39,688 nucleotides of DNA from a virus (IMGVR_UViG_3300045988_007515:1-39688); one strand, 5' to 3'; counted from the first letter of the stretch, positions 1 to 7,156 are shown. The notes: generated from the sequence alone by a model not told the origin. Numbers and translations are program-made.

Positions 1-119
1 ACGTTAAAAAATGCCCCCGCAACCGTGGGCGTCACCGTCGCAACGGAGGACGGGAGCGGCTCACCGTCAACCGCAATGGCAACGGAGATGGGGCCGGGGG
101 TCCCGCCGGTGCTTACGGC
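1..119. repeat. terminal direct repeat copy 1 (assembly overlap of a circular molecule)
   Basis: acgttaaaaaatgcccccgc...ccggtgcttacggc at 1-119 is identical to 39570-39688. Confidence 0.95.
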
Positions 120-305
120 AATATTGCCGATAAAGTCCACCTTATAGCGGACGCGGCACTGGGAGCAGTTACCACGGAGGTTAAACAGGCCAGAGCCTGC
201 GCGGTGCGTCACAAGGCCCTTAGTGCAGGGGATCGGTGCTTCCGTAAAAAGCACGTTCTGGTTTGCCGCCACAGTCTGCGTGGCAATCGCAGTGTATTCA
301 GGCAT
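1..305 (-). CDS. hypothetical protein, BclA-C-terminal / C1q-TNF-like jelly-roll candidate (N-terminal part; ORF continues across the junction to 39449; 141 aa on the circle)
   Basis: ATG at 305-303 preceded by AGGAG 7 nt upstream. My translation is MPEYTAIATQTVAANQNVLFTE...GPISVAIAVDGEPLP...SNANLIITRVC. The pattern resembles exosporium BclA C-terminal domains. Confidence 0.6.
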   Translation of the reverse strand, partial: MPEYTAIATQTVAANQNVLFTEAPIPCTKGLVTHRAGSGLFNLRGNCSQCRVRYKVDFIGNIAVSTGGTPGPISVAIAVDGEPLPSSVATVTPTVAGAFFN

Positions 306-420
306 AGAAAACTCCTTTCATAAAATCAGCGGCAGGGCTATTGCCCCGCCGCGTTGTCGTAGTATCGGCACGGGGCCGACCATTTCCCCAGCATGGGGAA
401 AAAGCTATGCTATGCAGTTG

Positions 421-1197
421 TCAGCAGCCGCACCCGTTGCAGTTGTACTGATTGCCGCATCCAGTATACTGGTACGGAGCAGGAACGCTGAACGAGGGAA
501 CGGGGCGCGGATTGTAATACGCGAACTGTGCGCTAACATAGTTGCGCATATCAAGCGTCTGAGCAGACTGAGAGGCGGCGAGGTCAGCAGCAAAAAGACG
601 CTGGTTCTGTTCAGCAATCTTCGCATCCTTCGCAGCGATCTCCTGTGCGGTCAAGCGCTGATCAACTCCGCGGAATCCGTTGTTCATTGCGTCGATGATG
701 TCCCGGGTGGCGTTCTGCACCGTGTTCCGGGTGTCGCAAGCCTGCGCCGCCATATCATAGCGCACGCCCTCGATGCTGCGCTGGGTGTTGCAGCAGCATT
801 CAGCGGCCTGCATCTGCATGGCAGTCAACTGCTGCATAAGAGCCGCCTGCTGGTTGGCGCGGGAAAGCTCGGCCTGTCCGAAGCCGTTTGCCATTGCCAT
901 GTTGGTGTTGTTGATGAGCTGCGCCTGCTGGTAAAATCCGTCGCAAAGACCCTGATTTACACTGTCGATCTTGCGCTCGACATTGGCAAAATCAGAGGTC
1001 AGGACATAACCGTCCATCACGCCGTTGCCGCCGCCACCGAAACCAAAGCCGTTACCCCAGCCACCGAACGCAGCGAAAATGAGGAACAGCACGATCCACC
1101 ATGCGCCATCGCCGCCCCAGCCGAAGCCGTTACCGTTTCCGGTGTTGGCAGGAGCCACAGGCATAGTCAGCATGGTGCCGTCAGAGGAAAGAGACAT
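421..1197 (-). CDS. hypothetical membrane protein, Gly-rich N-terminus with one TM, Q-rich coiled-coil middle, Cys-rich C-terminus (CGNQYNCNGCGC)
   Basis: 258-aa ORF; AAGGAG 7 nt upstream of ATG; WWIVLFLIFAAF hydrophobic segment flanked by GNGFG repeats; CCC and terminal CxC motifs. Confidence 0.7.
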   Translation of the reverse strand: MSLSSDGTMLTMPVAPANTGNGNGFGWGGDGAWWIVLFLIFAAFGGWGNGFGFGGGGNGVMDGYVLTSDFANVERKIDSVNQGLCDGFYQQAQLINNTNMAMANGFGQAELSRANQQAALMQQLTAMQMQAAECCCNTQRSIEGVRYDMAAQACDTRNTVQNATRDIIDAMNNGFRGVDQRLTAQEIAAKDAKIAEQNQRLFAADLAASQSAQTLDMRNYVSAQFAYYNPRPVPSFSVPAPYQYTGCGNQYNCNGCGC

Positions 1198-1250
1198 AGT
1201 ATCACTCCTTTTGAAAAAATATTTATATCAAACCGTGGCCACGATTTTGA

Positions 1251-1472
1251 TTACTTGAAAAGCCCCTGAAATTGGTTTGCCATTGACTGTATCTTGTTCA
1301 ACTGATCTTGTGAGATTTTGCCGCTTTGCAGCATCTTCTCCACTTCCGCTTTTGGGTCGCCTTTAAAACTTGCCTTGAACTGCTTGAACTGCTGTAAAAG
1401 CTGAGGAAAGCCGCTCATCGACCCCGGCATCTGTCCGCCACCTAACGCATTGAAAAACGGATTGTTACTCAT
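1251..1472 (-). CDS. hypothetical small protein
   Basis: 73-aa ORF; 8-nt overlap with the upstream gene; GGAGGAAGAGG upstream of ATG. Confidence 0.6.
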   Translation of the reverse strand: MSNNPFFNALGGGQMPGSMSGFPQLLQQFKQFKASFKGDPKAEVEKMLQSGKISQDQLNKIQSMANQFQGLFK

Positions 1473-1905
1473 CGTCCTCTTCCTCCTCTACCTTGCGCTT
1501 CTTCTTGCCCTTCAATTCGCCCACAAGCGCCGCTAGTGCGTCGAATTCTTTTCTGGTGACAAACTCCACGCCCTTTTCCTGCGTGGCTGTACGGGGCGTT
1601 TCTGTGCGTTCTACGAGGTCATAAATCGTGAGGGACGGTTTACCGCTGGCATCCGCCTTCTTGAGGTACACCGTAGGCGCGGAGCTGTCCCACAAAGCCA
1701 CGGCGGCATTGGGAGCAATCATCCAGTTGCGGGCCTCCTGCTCACCGGCTACCCACTGGACGCCGCTCTGCGCCACCGGGTTTTGCGGGGCCTGCAGCAT
1801 TTGAGGTTGCATCTGGGGCTGCTGCATTTGCCGCATCTGCATCAGATTGTCTTGCATTGGGGGCGGATAATAGGGGTTCTGCCATCCGTAAGGTGTGTAA
1901 GCCAT
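1465..1905 (-). CDS. hypothetical protein with Q/P-rich N-terminus and acidic C-terminal tail
   Basis: 146-aa ORF; AAGGAGG 7 nt upstream; MQQPQMQPQMLQAPQ low-complexity segment, then a globular part; ends KKKRKVEEEEDDE. Confidence 0.65.
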   Translation of the reverse strand: MAYTPYGWQNPYYPPPMQDNLMQMRQMQQPQMQPQMLQAPQNPVAQSGVQWVAGEQEARNWMIAPNAAVALWDSSAPTVYLKKADASGKPSLTIYDLVERTETPRTATQEKGVEFVTRKEFDALAALVGELKGKKKRKVEEEEDDE

Positions 1906-1907
1906 AA

Positions 1908-2300
1908 TCAGTCCTCCTTAACCCAGTAATACAATACGTTTTCGTTGCTGCTGTCCCAGCTATCCCAGATTGTGCCATCTTGCACGCAAACCACATGGCC
2001 GGACAGAGCCAGAATATAAGTGCCTGCCGGATGATCTGTTGCAAACTGTCCAACCGTATAACAATCCGGGCAAGTATCCGGAACAATGTACCGTCTGTAT
2101 CCATTGCTTCGCAAATACCGCCCCCAGCAAGCGTTTGCCGACGGCATATCGCCGTCCAGATACCCTTGGATGCAGAGCCTTAAATACACCTCGCCCCACT
2201 CCACCCCGGTTGCCTTAGAGATCGCCCGCACGGTGCAGTCTCCAACATTTTTTCCGCAGGGATTGGGGTTGAAATACTTATACATATTCCCGGCGGTCAT
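1908..2300 (-). CDS. hypothetical protein with papain-like Cys/His signature (NVGDCTVRAIS ... LSGHVV)
   Basis: 130-aa ORF; Cys in a GDC context and a downstream GH, as in small cysteine-peptidase/amidase folds; no clear SD. Confidence 0.5.
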   Translation of the reverse strand: MTAGNMYKYFNPNPCGKNVGDCTVRAISKATGVEWGEVYLRLCIQGYLDGDMPSANACWGRYLRSNGYRRYIVPDTCPDCYTVGQFATDHPAGTYILALSGHVVCVQDGTIWDSWDSSNENVLYYWVKED

Positions 2301-2448
2301 CGTAGAGCAATTCGTTTGCTCTCACCAATTCAGCCAGCCCTTCTTCATCATCCTGTGCTGCGTATTTATAACAAATATCTGTGGCGCTGGATTCGCTCAT
2401 TCCGCACGCCCGCAGACGGTCAATGTATTCTCTACCATTTGTAATCAC
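2278..2448 (-). CDS. hypothetical small protein (first gene of the accessory cassette)
   Basis: GTG start at 2448 with AAGGGAGGG 7 nt upstream; 56 aa; the ATG given in the ORF track lies inside the upstream terminator. Confidence 0.5.
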   Translation of the reverse strand: MITNGREYIDRLRACGMSESSATDICYKYAAQDDEEGLAELVRANELLYDDRREYV

Positions 2449-2472
2449 GGAGAATCCCTCCCTTGCTCTGCT

Positions 2473-2501
2473 TTCATAGTAAGCCAAAAACCTCCATTCA
2501 A
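2473..2501 (-). promoter_or_regulatory. sigma-70-type promoter for the accessory cassette
   Basis: Minus strand reads TTGAAT - 17 nt - TATGAA, directly downstream of the terminator at 2531-2561. Confidence 0.5.
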
Positions 2502-2530
2502 AGTGGCAGGAAAAGGGCAGAAAAGTGCGC

Positions 2531-2561
2531 AAAAAAGACGCGGTTCAATTTGAACCGCGTC
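2531..2561 (-). terminator. rho-independent terminator ending the late/lysis operon
   Basis: Minus strand GACGCGGTTCAA-tt-TGAACCGCGTC followed by TTTTTT. Confidence 0.8.
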
Positions 2562-2563
2562 TC

Positions 2564-2806
2564 TCAACGTGTAGTATAGATTTCGTCTTGCAATTTTCGG
2601 TAAGCAGAGCGCCGTAGCCGCTTTACGGTGTCCACGCTCACATGCAGCCGCTCCGCCGTTTGGAGGCAGCTCTGGCCGTGGACGTCTACCGCCAGCACCG
2701 CTGTTTCCTCATCAGGCGGAAGCCCTACCAGCCGGACGGCTTGCACCGCCCGGGCCGGGGCCATGGATGACAACAGCGCCCGGATCTCTCGGTTTGTTTT
2801 CTCCAT
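2564..2806 (-). CDS. stand-alone sigma-70 region-4-like HTH protein
   Basis: 80 aa; LQTAERLHVSVDTVKRLRRSAYRKL matches the region 4.2 HTH pattern; no regions 2 or 3. Confidence 0.6.
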   Translation of the reverse strand: MEKTNREIRALLSSMAPARAVQAVRLVGLPPDEETAVLAVDVHGQSCLQTAERLHVSVDTVKRLRRSAYRKLQDEIYTTR

Positions 2807-2881
2807 GGGTTTCCCAGACTTGCAGAGCGCGGATTAACCGCGTGGATGTTGTTGCCATCTTCTGGCCCTCCTTTCGGATGT

Positions 2882-3283
2882 TTAGTCTGTCCAGTCGGAG
2901 CGTTTCTCCCGCACGTCGATGTGGGTAAAGCCCTTCCTGGCGTACACGCCCACACCGCCCCAGTCCGGCATGATCTGCCGTGCGAACGCTGCCACCGTTG
3001 CCGGTGCCTGCCCCCTGACGGTGATATCCGCAGCCGTGCCGTAGCAGTGCTGACTGTGGGCCACACCGCCGACCTTGGCGTTGTACTGCGGCGTTCTGTA
3101 CCCGCTGTTGATCCTCACCGCCGTGCCGAAGTGGGTGCGGATGGTCTCCAGCACCATCACCAGCCGGGGAGCGACCAAAACAGCGTCACTGCCGTCTCCA
3201 CACGCAAACTCCCGCACCTTAAAATGCGTGGACAGCTGCTTGCCCCCGAAAGCGGCCTCGCTGTATGCGTTAATCTCAACCAT
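2882..3283 (-). CDS. peptidase M15-family cell-wall hydrolase (zinc D,D-/L,D-peptidase type endolysin)
   Basis: SGYRTPQYNAKVGGVAHSQHCYGTAADI matches the SxHxxGxAxD zinc-peptidase motif; lies in the lysis block. Confidence 0.75.
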   Translation of the reverse strand: MVEINAYSEAAFGGKQLSTHFKVREFACGDGSDAVLVAPRLVMVLETIRTHFGTAVRINSGYRTPQYNAKVGGVAHSQHCYGTAADITVRGQAPATVAAFARQIMPDWGGVGVYARKGFTHIDVREKRSDWTD

Positions 3284-3956
3284 TTTCGTCCCCCCAGATC
3301 TGATACAGCGCCCGGACCATGTCGGCGCGGGTCACCGTGTCACCGGCGTTGGCATCCGTCAGCAAGCCGTGAGCCTCGCCCCATACGAGGGCTTGATCTT
3401 CCGTCTTGGCGGACCGTTCCCAGAACAGCAGCATGGTAGGCACCTTCCGGGAGCTGGTCACCTTCCCGCCGGGGAAAATACCCTGCGTAGAGCCGCCGCC
3501 GTCCAGCATGAGGGCATCCACCACGCCCAGCCCCAGCAGCTTGTTCTGGAGCTGCTCGCGGGTCAGGCTGGCCTTGTCGCACCACAGCACCACCTTGCCG
3601 TTGGCCAGCCAGCCCACCGCCGTCCGGGCGGCAGGCCGGGCCACGTCCGTCGTCAGATTCCGGTACAGCTTGGAGCCGCCCTTGAGAATCGGGACGCCGG
3701 AGAGGAAGGATCCTCCCCGGTCCGTCAGCATCTTCGGCAGGCCGTCAGAGCCGATGGAAATGCCCCAGTCCTGATACGCGTCCCGGCTGATGATCTTACC
3801 GTCGATCACCGTCCAGCCCACCGGCTGAAATTTCCCGTTGAACAGGTAGCCGTTGATGATGTGGGTGCAGCCGGTCTTGGTCTTGATCTGCGCCGGGGTC
3901 AGCTTGCCGGTGTTGTGGTAGATCTGCGCACGGGCGCAGTCAAACGTATCAACCAT
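3276..3956 (-). CDS. phosphodiester glycosidase (NAGPA/DUF2233-like) protein with SLH-like C-terminal tail
   Basis: RTAVGWLANGKVVLWCDK...LGVVDALMLDGGGSTQ matches the NAGPA-domain pattern; C-terminal GDTVTRADMVRALYQIW is SLH-like. Confidence 0.6.
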   Translation of the reverse strand: MVDTFDCARAQIYHNTGKLTPAQIKTKTGCTHIINGYLFNGKFQPVGWTVIDGKIISRDAYQDWGISIGSDGLPKMLTDRGGSFLSGVPILKGGSKLYRNLTTDVARPAARTAVGWLANGKVVLWCDKASLTREQLQNKLLGLGVVDALMLDGGGSTQGIFPGGKVTSSRKVPTMLLFWERSAKTEDQALVWGEAHGLLTDANAGDTVTRADMVRALYQIWGDENG

Positions 3957-4275
3957 TGATTCTCACGGCCTTAGTGGCGTGGCCGTCCTCGTCAAAGGTA
4001 ATGCGGTAATGGCCTTCGGGGACCCAGACCTCCTCCTCGGTGTTGGCTTTGGCGGGGTCACGCCGCATGTAGTCATGCAGGTGCTTCACGTCCTCCGGCT
4101 CCTTCTCCGCAGGGATGAAGCCCTCCCGCATTTCGTCCTTGGTCCAACCAGACACGCCGCCGTCGGGATTCAGGTGGAAGTTGGCACCGGCCTCCTTCAG
4201 CTCTGCGTTGATGGTTTCCACGGCCTTGCCGTTCTTCTTGCCCTCGTTGATGATGTTCTCGTAGATCTTTTCCAT
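3949..4275 (-). CDS. hypothetical protein in the lysis block
   Basis: Start MEKIYENI at 4275 with GAAAGGGG upstream; 108 aa. Confidence 0.55.
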   Translation of the reverse strand: MEKIYENIINEGKKNGKAVETINAELKEAGANFHLNPDGGVSGWTKDEMREGFIPAEKEPEDVKHLHDYMRRDPAKANTEEEVWVPEGHYRITFDEDGHATKAVRING

Positions 4276-4320
4276 GGTATGTACCCCTTTCAAATTTTTC
4301 GGTTGATTCTTCAACCGGTT

Positions 4321-4527
4321 TTAACTGTTCTTGTCTTCGTTGACTCTCTGGGTGCCGAAGTAAAAGCCGATGACCACCGTGAAGATGGTCAGGAACTCGC
4401 TGCCGCTAATACTCTCCCGCAGGGCCAGCACCGCGAACACCACCGTCAGGGTGATGGTCACGAGGCTTTTCACCGCAAGCAGATTGCCCAGCCGTTTCTT
4501 GATGTTTTCCATGTCTCCTCCTTTCAT
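4321..4527 (-). CDS. holin (two TM segments)
   Basis: 68 aa (or 63 aa from ATG 4512); two hydrophobic helices LVTITLTVVFAVLAL and FLTIFTVVIGFYF; charged C-terminus; ATGA overlap with the upstream gene. Confidence 0.7.
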   Translation of the reverse strand: MKGGDMENIKKRLGNLLAVKSLVTITLTVVFAVLALRESISGSEFLTIFTVVIGFYFGTQRVNEDKNS

Positions 4528-4748
4528 CGGTCGCTCACATGCTCCAGATCCTGAATCCTGTGATTGATTACTTTAATCTGTTCCTCGATCACCGGCACCC
4601 GCTGGGCAAAGTTGTTGTGCTCCCGCACCTCGCGGGTCAGCTCGTCCAGCTTCGTATCGGTGATCGCTTGCTGTTTTCCGTTGGCGATGAGCACGCCCAT
4701 CAGCGTCAGCCCCCCTGTAATGAGGGCGCAGATTATCGTCTCCGTCAT
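4524..4748 (-). CDS. XhlA-like membrane/coiled-coil lysis-associated protein
   Basis: 74 aa; N-terminal TM (IICALITGGLTLMGVLIA) then a coiled coil; directly precedes the holin. Confidence 0.55.
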   Translation of the reverse strand: MTETIICALITGGLTLMGVLIANGKQQAITDTKLDELTREVREHNNFAQRVPVIEEQIKVINHRIQDLEHVSDR

Positions 4749-4756
4749 AACACACT

Positions 4757-4778
4757 CCTTAAAGTTGCAGTTTTAAGG
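4757..4778 (-). promoter_or_regulatory. hairpin that pairs with part of the SD of the first lysis gene
   Basis: CCTTAAA / TTTAAGG stem with an 8-nt loop (GTTGCAGT on plus). On the minus RNA the 3' arm TTTAAGG overlaps the AAGGAG SD of the 4748 start. Confidence 0.45.
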
Positions 4779-4809
4779 CCAAATCCGCCAAATTCCGACA
4801 CGGCCCCTG

Positions 4810-4818
4810 TGGTATCAT
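4810..4818 (+). promoter_or_regulatory. extended -10 promoter candidate for the plus-strand micro-ORF
   Basis: TGgTATCAT; no good -35. Confidence 0.35.
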
Positions 4819-4840
4819 CCTCTCAAAGGAGGTGACCCAA

Positions 4841-4981
4841 ATGACCCAAGCCCAGAAACAAGCCTACGAGGAACTCTACTACATGACCGTAGAGTTGCTC
4901 GATGAGCTGGACGATCTCAAGCGCAAGATCATCGCCCAGCAGGCCGCGTCGGAAGCATTGTGGGATCTGCCGGAGGATTAA
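4841..4981 (+). CDS. 46-aa acidic helical micro-protein on the opposite strand to all neighbours
   Basis: AAAGGAGGTGA 5 nt upstream of ATG (7 nt from the AGGAGG core). My translation is MTQAQKQAYEELYYMTVELLDELDDLKRKIIAQQAASEALWDLPED. Below the ORF-track length cutoff. Confidence 0.5.
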   Translation: MTQAQKQAYEELYYMTVELLDELDDLKRKIIAQQAASEALWDLPED

Positions 4982-4989
4982 CCCTCCGT

Positions 4990-5099
4990 CCCCCGTCCCT
5001 TGCCCCGTCTCCGGGAGCGGGTTTCCAAAGGGAGAGGGCCGCAACCCCCGTCCCTTGCCCCGTCTCCAGGGGCTGGTTTCCAAAGGCGGGGGCCGAAGC
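4990..5099. repeat. two tandem ~55-bp GC-rich direct repeats
   Basis: cccccgtcccttgccccgtctcc...ggtttccaaagg at 4990 and again at 5045; first 23 nt and an internal 12 nt are identical. Confidence 0.85.
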
Positions 5100-5222
5100 C
5101 CCCGGCCTTTGTGCCAGAGGGGGTATGGGGGACGGTGGCGTCCCCCATGTTTCGGGTGGGGGTTTAAGGGGGAGGGACCTTTGCGCCAAAGGTTCCTTCC
5201 CCTTGCCCCCTTTGAGCGGTGC

Positions 5223-5390
5223 TCAGCCCTCCGGCTTTCCCTTTGTGCCCCCAAACTCAGCAGGCACCAGCTCCGGCAGGCCGCACTCGTTGATGAGAAT
5301 ATCCGCCACCTGCTGTTTCAGCTTCGCGGGGACCTGCTCAAATTCGGTTTTCCCTAAAATCACTCTTTGCGCAAACAACATTGCCATCAT
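5223..5390 (-). CDS. XkdX-like small phage protein
   Basis: Start at MMAMLF (5390) with AAAGGAGC upstream; 55 aa; GKTEFEQVPAKLKQQVADIL pattern; lies between fibre and holin. Confidence 0.55.
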   Translation of the reverse strand: MMAMLFAQRVILGKTEFEQVPAKLKQQVADILINECGLPELVPAEFGGTKGKPEG

Positions 5391-5448
5391 GTCTCTTGCT
5401 CCTTTCGACAGTAAAAAATATAGGGTCAGGGCGGCCTCCGCCCAGAAC

Positions 5449-5793
5449 TCACGCATAGACGATCTCTGCCATCTCGGCAATGCAGTCCTCGTAAAACTCC
5501 GCTTGATTTGCCTGAGCATTGATCTGCTCCTTGAGAAGTTTATTTTCATTTTCCAGCTTTGCTACTCGCGCATTCACCGTTGGTATAGGTTCCGGTTCCG
5601 GCTCCGGCATGGTGCCCGGCGTTAGGGCCGTCACGATGCCGTCCTGAGCCTCTACTCCCACAAAAGGAAAAGTTTCTGGCAGCGCCACTTCCTCCGGAAT
5701 AACGGCCCAGCCATTCGGAACGGGCAGCAGCCCACTGGTGGTCTGATTGCGGTGCGCCCCGTTTTTCAACGGTGTAAGTTCAATGATAATCAT
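5449..5793 (-). CDS. hypothetical tail-fibre-associated protein (XkdW-like position)
   Basis: Start MIIIELTPLKNG at 5793 with AAAGGAG 7 nt upstream; 114 aa; PEPEPEP linker plus coiled coil. Confidence 0.55.
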   Translation of the reverse strand: MIIIELTPLKNGAHRNQTTSGLLPVPNGWAVIPEEVALPETFPFVGVEAQDGIVTALTPGTMPEPEPEPIPTVNARVAKLENENKLLKEQINAQANQAEFYEDCIAEMAEIVYA

Positions 5794-5806
5794 TTCGTTT
5801 CTCCTT

Positions 5807-6751
5807 TTATCCGATGGCAACGTAGTAATAAGTGTCTCCAGATGAATTGCATTGATCGCTTGCCGACCTCGAATTATACCAGGATAGTGTTTTGTCGTTT
5901 AACGTAAATCGTTTATCTCTGGCAAGACCCGGCTGGCCAATGTATATAAAAGTAGACTGATCACTTAAATCTGTACGGCTTTCGTACAACACAATAACGA
6001 TTTTGGGAACAAAATCGAATGTTAAACTGTTTTGATTCCCCTCTCCATATACGCCAGAGCCTACGTAGGTTCCAGTTTGAATTTGCAACTTGTTGCCTAT
6101 TTTTCCCAGCGCATCATACTGAACGTTACCTACAGTGCCGCTAGGATACGCATCAGCATTCGGAGAATTAAGATACTGTGCAGGGCCTAGAGTGAACTCC
6201 GAGTATTGTGCATATCCTTCAAAAATAGCATCGTAGGGTGGGTCGCGTTTAGTAACTCGATAGAAGGTATTTACGGGCCACGGATCCTCGACATATGGAT
6301 AAAGCATGTATTTTCCAATAACCTTGTCCCATTCAACGGATCCATTGGACTGATTTACAATTTTGTGCTCTCCAACCCCCACAATTTTTTTGTTAGCCAA
6401 ATCTAGCTGCACTGAGTCGTAATAATAAAATGTATCATCTTCTGGCATTCTTCCTAACGAGCTAGGTTCAGTGGCCTCTTTGAGTACGCCGGAAATTGAT
6501 TGCTTTCGCCATAAATAATCATCGCCCAGATGTGTGTGCAATCGAGACAGTATTTTGAGGGCATTATCCGGAACCGCATCTGCTCCCAAATCAAGCATTG
6601 CCGCTGTGGCATCCGTGAGCAGGCTTGCCTTATTCAGCGGGGTGCCCGCTTGTGTGGGCTCATCCGCCCGCACCATGTCAAAGGTGTTGGCCTGCCCCGC
6701 CACAGGCGTCATCTTCACCCGGCCCGGGTGCAAAGATACTCTGTCTTGCAT
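5807..6751 (-). CDS. tail fibre / receptor-binding protein
   Basis: 314 aa; N-terminal RVSLHPGRVKMTPVAGQANTFDMVRADEPTQAGTPLNKASLL is a conserved fibre anchor in Firmicute phages; the C-terminal two-thirds is visibly AT-richer. Confidence 0.65.
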   Translation of the reverse strand: MQDRVSLHPGRVKMTPVAGQANTFDMVRADEPTQAGTPLNKASLLTDATAAMLDLGADAVPDNALKILSRLHTHLGDDYLWRKQSISGVLKEATEPSSLGRMPEDDTFYYYDSVQLDLANKKIVGVGEHKIVNQSNGSVEWDKVIGKYMLYPYVEDPWPVNTFYRVTKRDPPYDAIFEGYAQYSEFTLGPAQYLNSPNADAYPSGTVGNVQYDALGKIGNKLQIQTGTYVGSGVYGEGNQNSLTFDFVPKIVIVLYESRTDLSDQSTFIYIGQPGLARDKRFTLNDKTLSWYNSRSASDQCNSSGDTYYYVAIG

Positions 6752-6763
6752 ACCGTTCTCCTT

Positions 6764-7156
6764 TCAAACCTCTCCGGCGTACAGCTCGCCGGAGAAGTAC
6801 CACGATTTCATGAGCTTGTCGAGCAGCGTGTCGAGGTCGAGCAGGATACGCTCGATGTCATTCGCCTTGACATAATCCAAAAAACGCATGGTTTCTGGCG
6901 TCTTCGGCGTGGACTGCATCACCGCGATCTGCCGCCGCAGGGTGGCAATGTTCTGCCGGTACACCTCCATCTGGCTGACTGTTGGCGTGTCCGATTCGGA
7001 CCAGTCCTTCTTGACGCTTACCGGGCAATCATAGCCCAGCGCCTGGAACCGTCCCGCCACATACTCTACCGCCGCACCTACCCGGTTGATATCTGTGGTG
7101 TTGTAGTATGTGCCATCGCCTCGGTCTGTGACGAGGGTGGAAATGTCAAAACTCAT
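6764..7156 (-). CDS. hypothetical baseplate/fibre-associated protein
   Basis: Start MSFDIS at 7156, ATGA-coupled to the upstream gene; 130 aa. Confidence 0.55.
   Translation of the reverse strand: MSFDISTLVTDRGDGTYYNTTDINRVGAAVEYVAGRFQALGYDCPVSVKKDWSESDTPTVSQMEVYRQNIATLRRQIAVMQSTPKTPETMRFLDYVKANDIERILLDLDTLLDKLMKSWYFSGELYAGEV

Noticed and set aside
223-1269. 348-aa plus-strand ORF, the longest in this region
   Set aside because: It lies entirely antisense to the better-supported minus-strand genes (SD sites, operon context). It is rich in Ala/Arg/Gly as expected for a shadow frame in high-GC DNA, and it has no SD.
2846-3959. Plus-strand ORFs of 197 and 294 aa over the lysin genes
   Set aside because: These are shadow ORFs opposite the M15 and NAGPA genes, which carry recognisable motifs. 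Their translations are Arg/Pro/Gly-rich and low-complexity.
4990-5099. CRISPR array or DGR template/variable repeat pair
   Set aside because: There are only two adjacent imperfect 55-bp copies with no spacers. No cas genes or reverse transcriptase occur anywhere in the genome. The repeats are not homologous to the 3' end of the fibre gene.
4823-5625. ORFs of 143 aa (minus), 151 aa and 221 aa (plus) across the GC-rich repeat block
   Set aside because: Their translations are Arg/Gly/Pro-rich low complexity generated by the repeats. They lack SDs, overlap one another in several frames, and run through strong hairpins.
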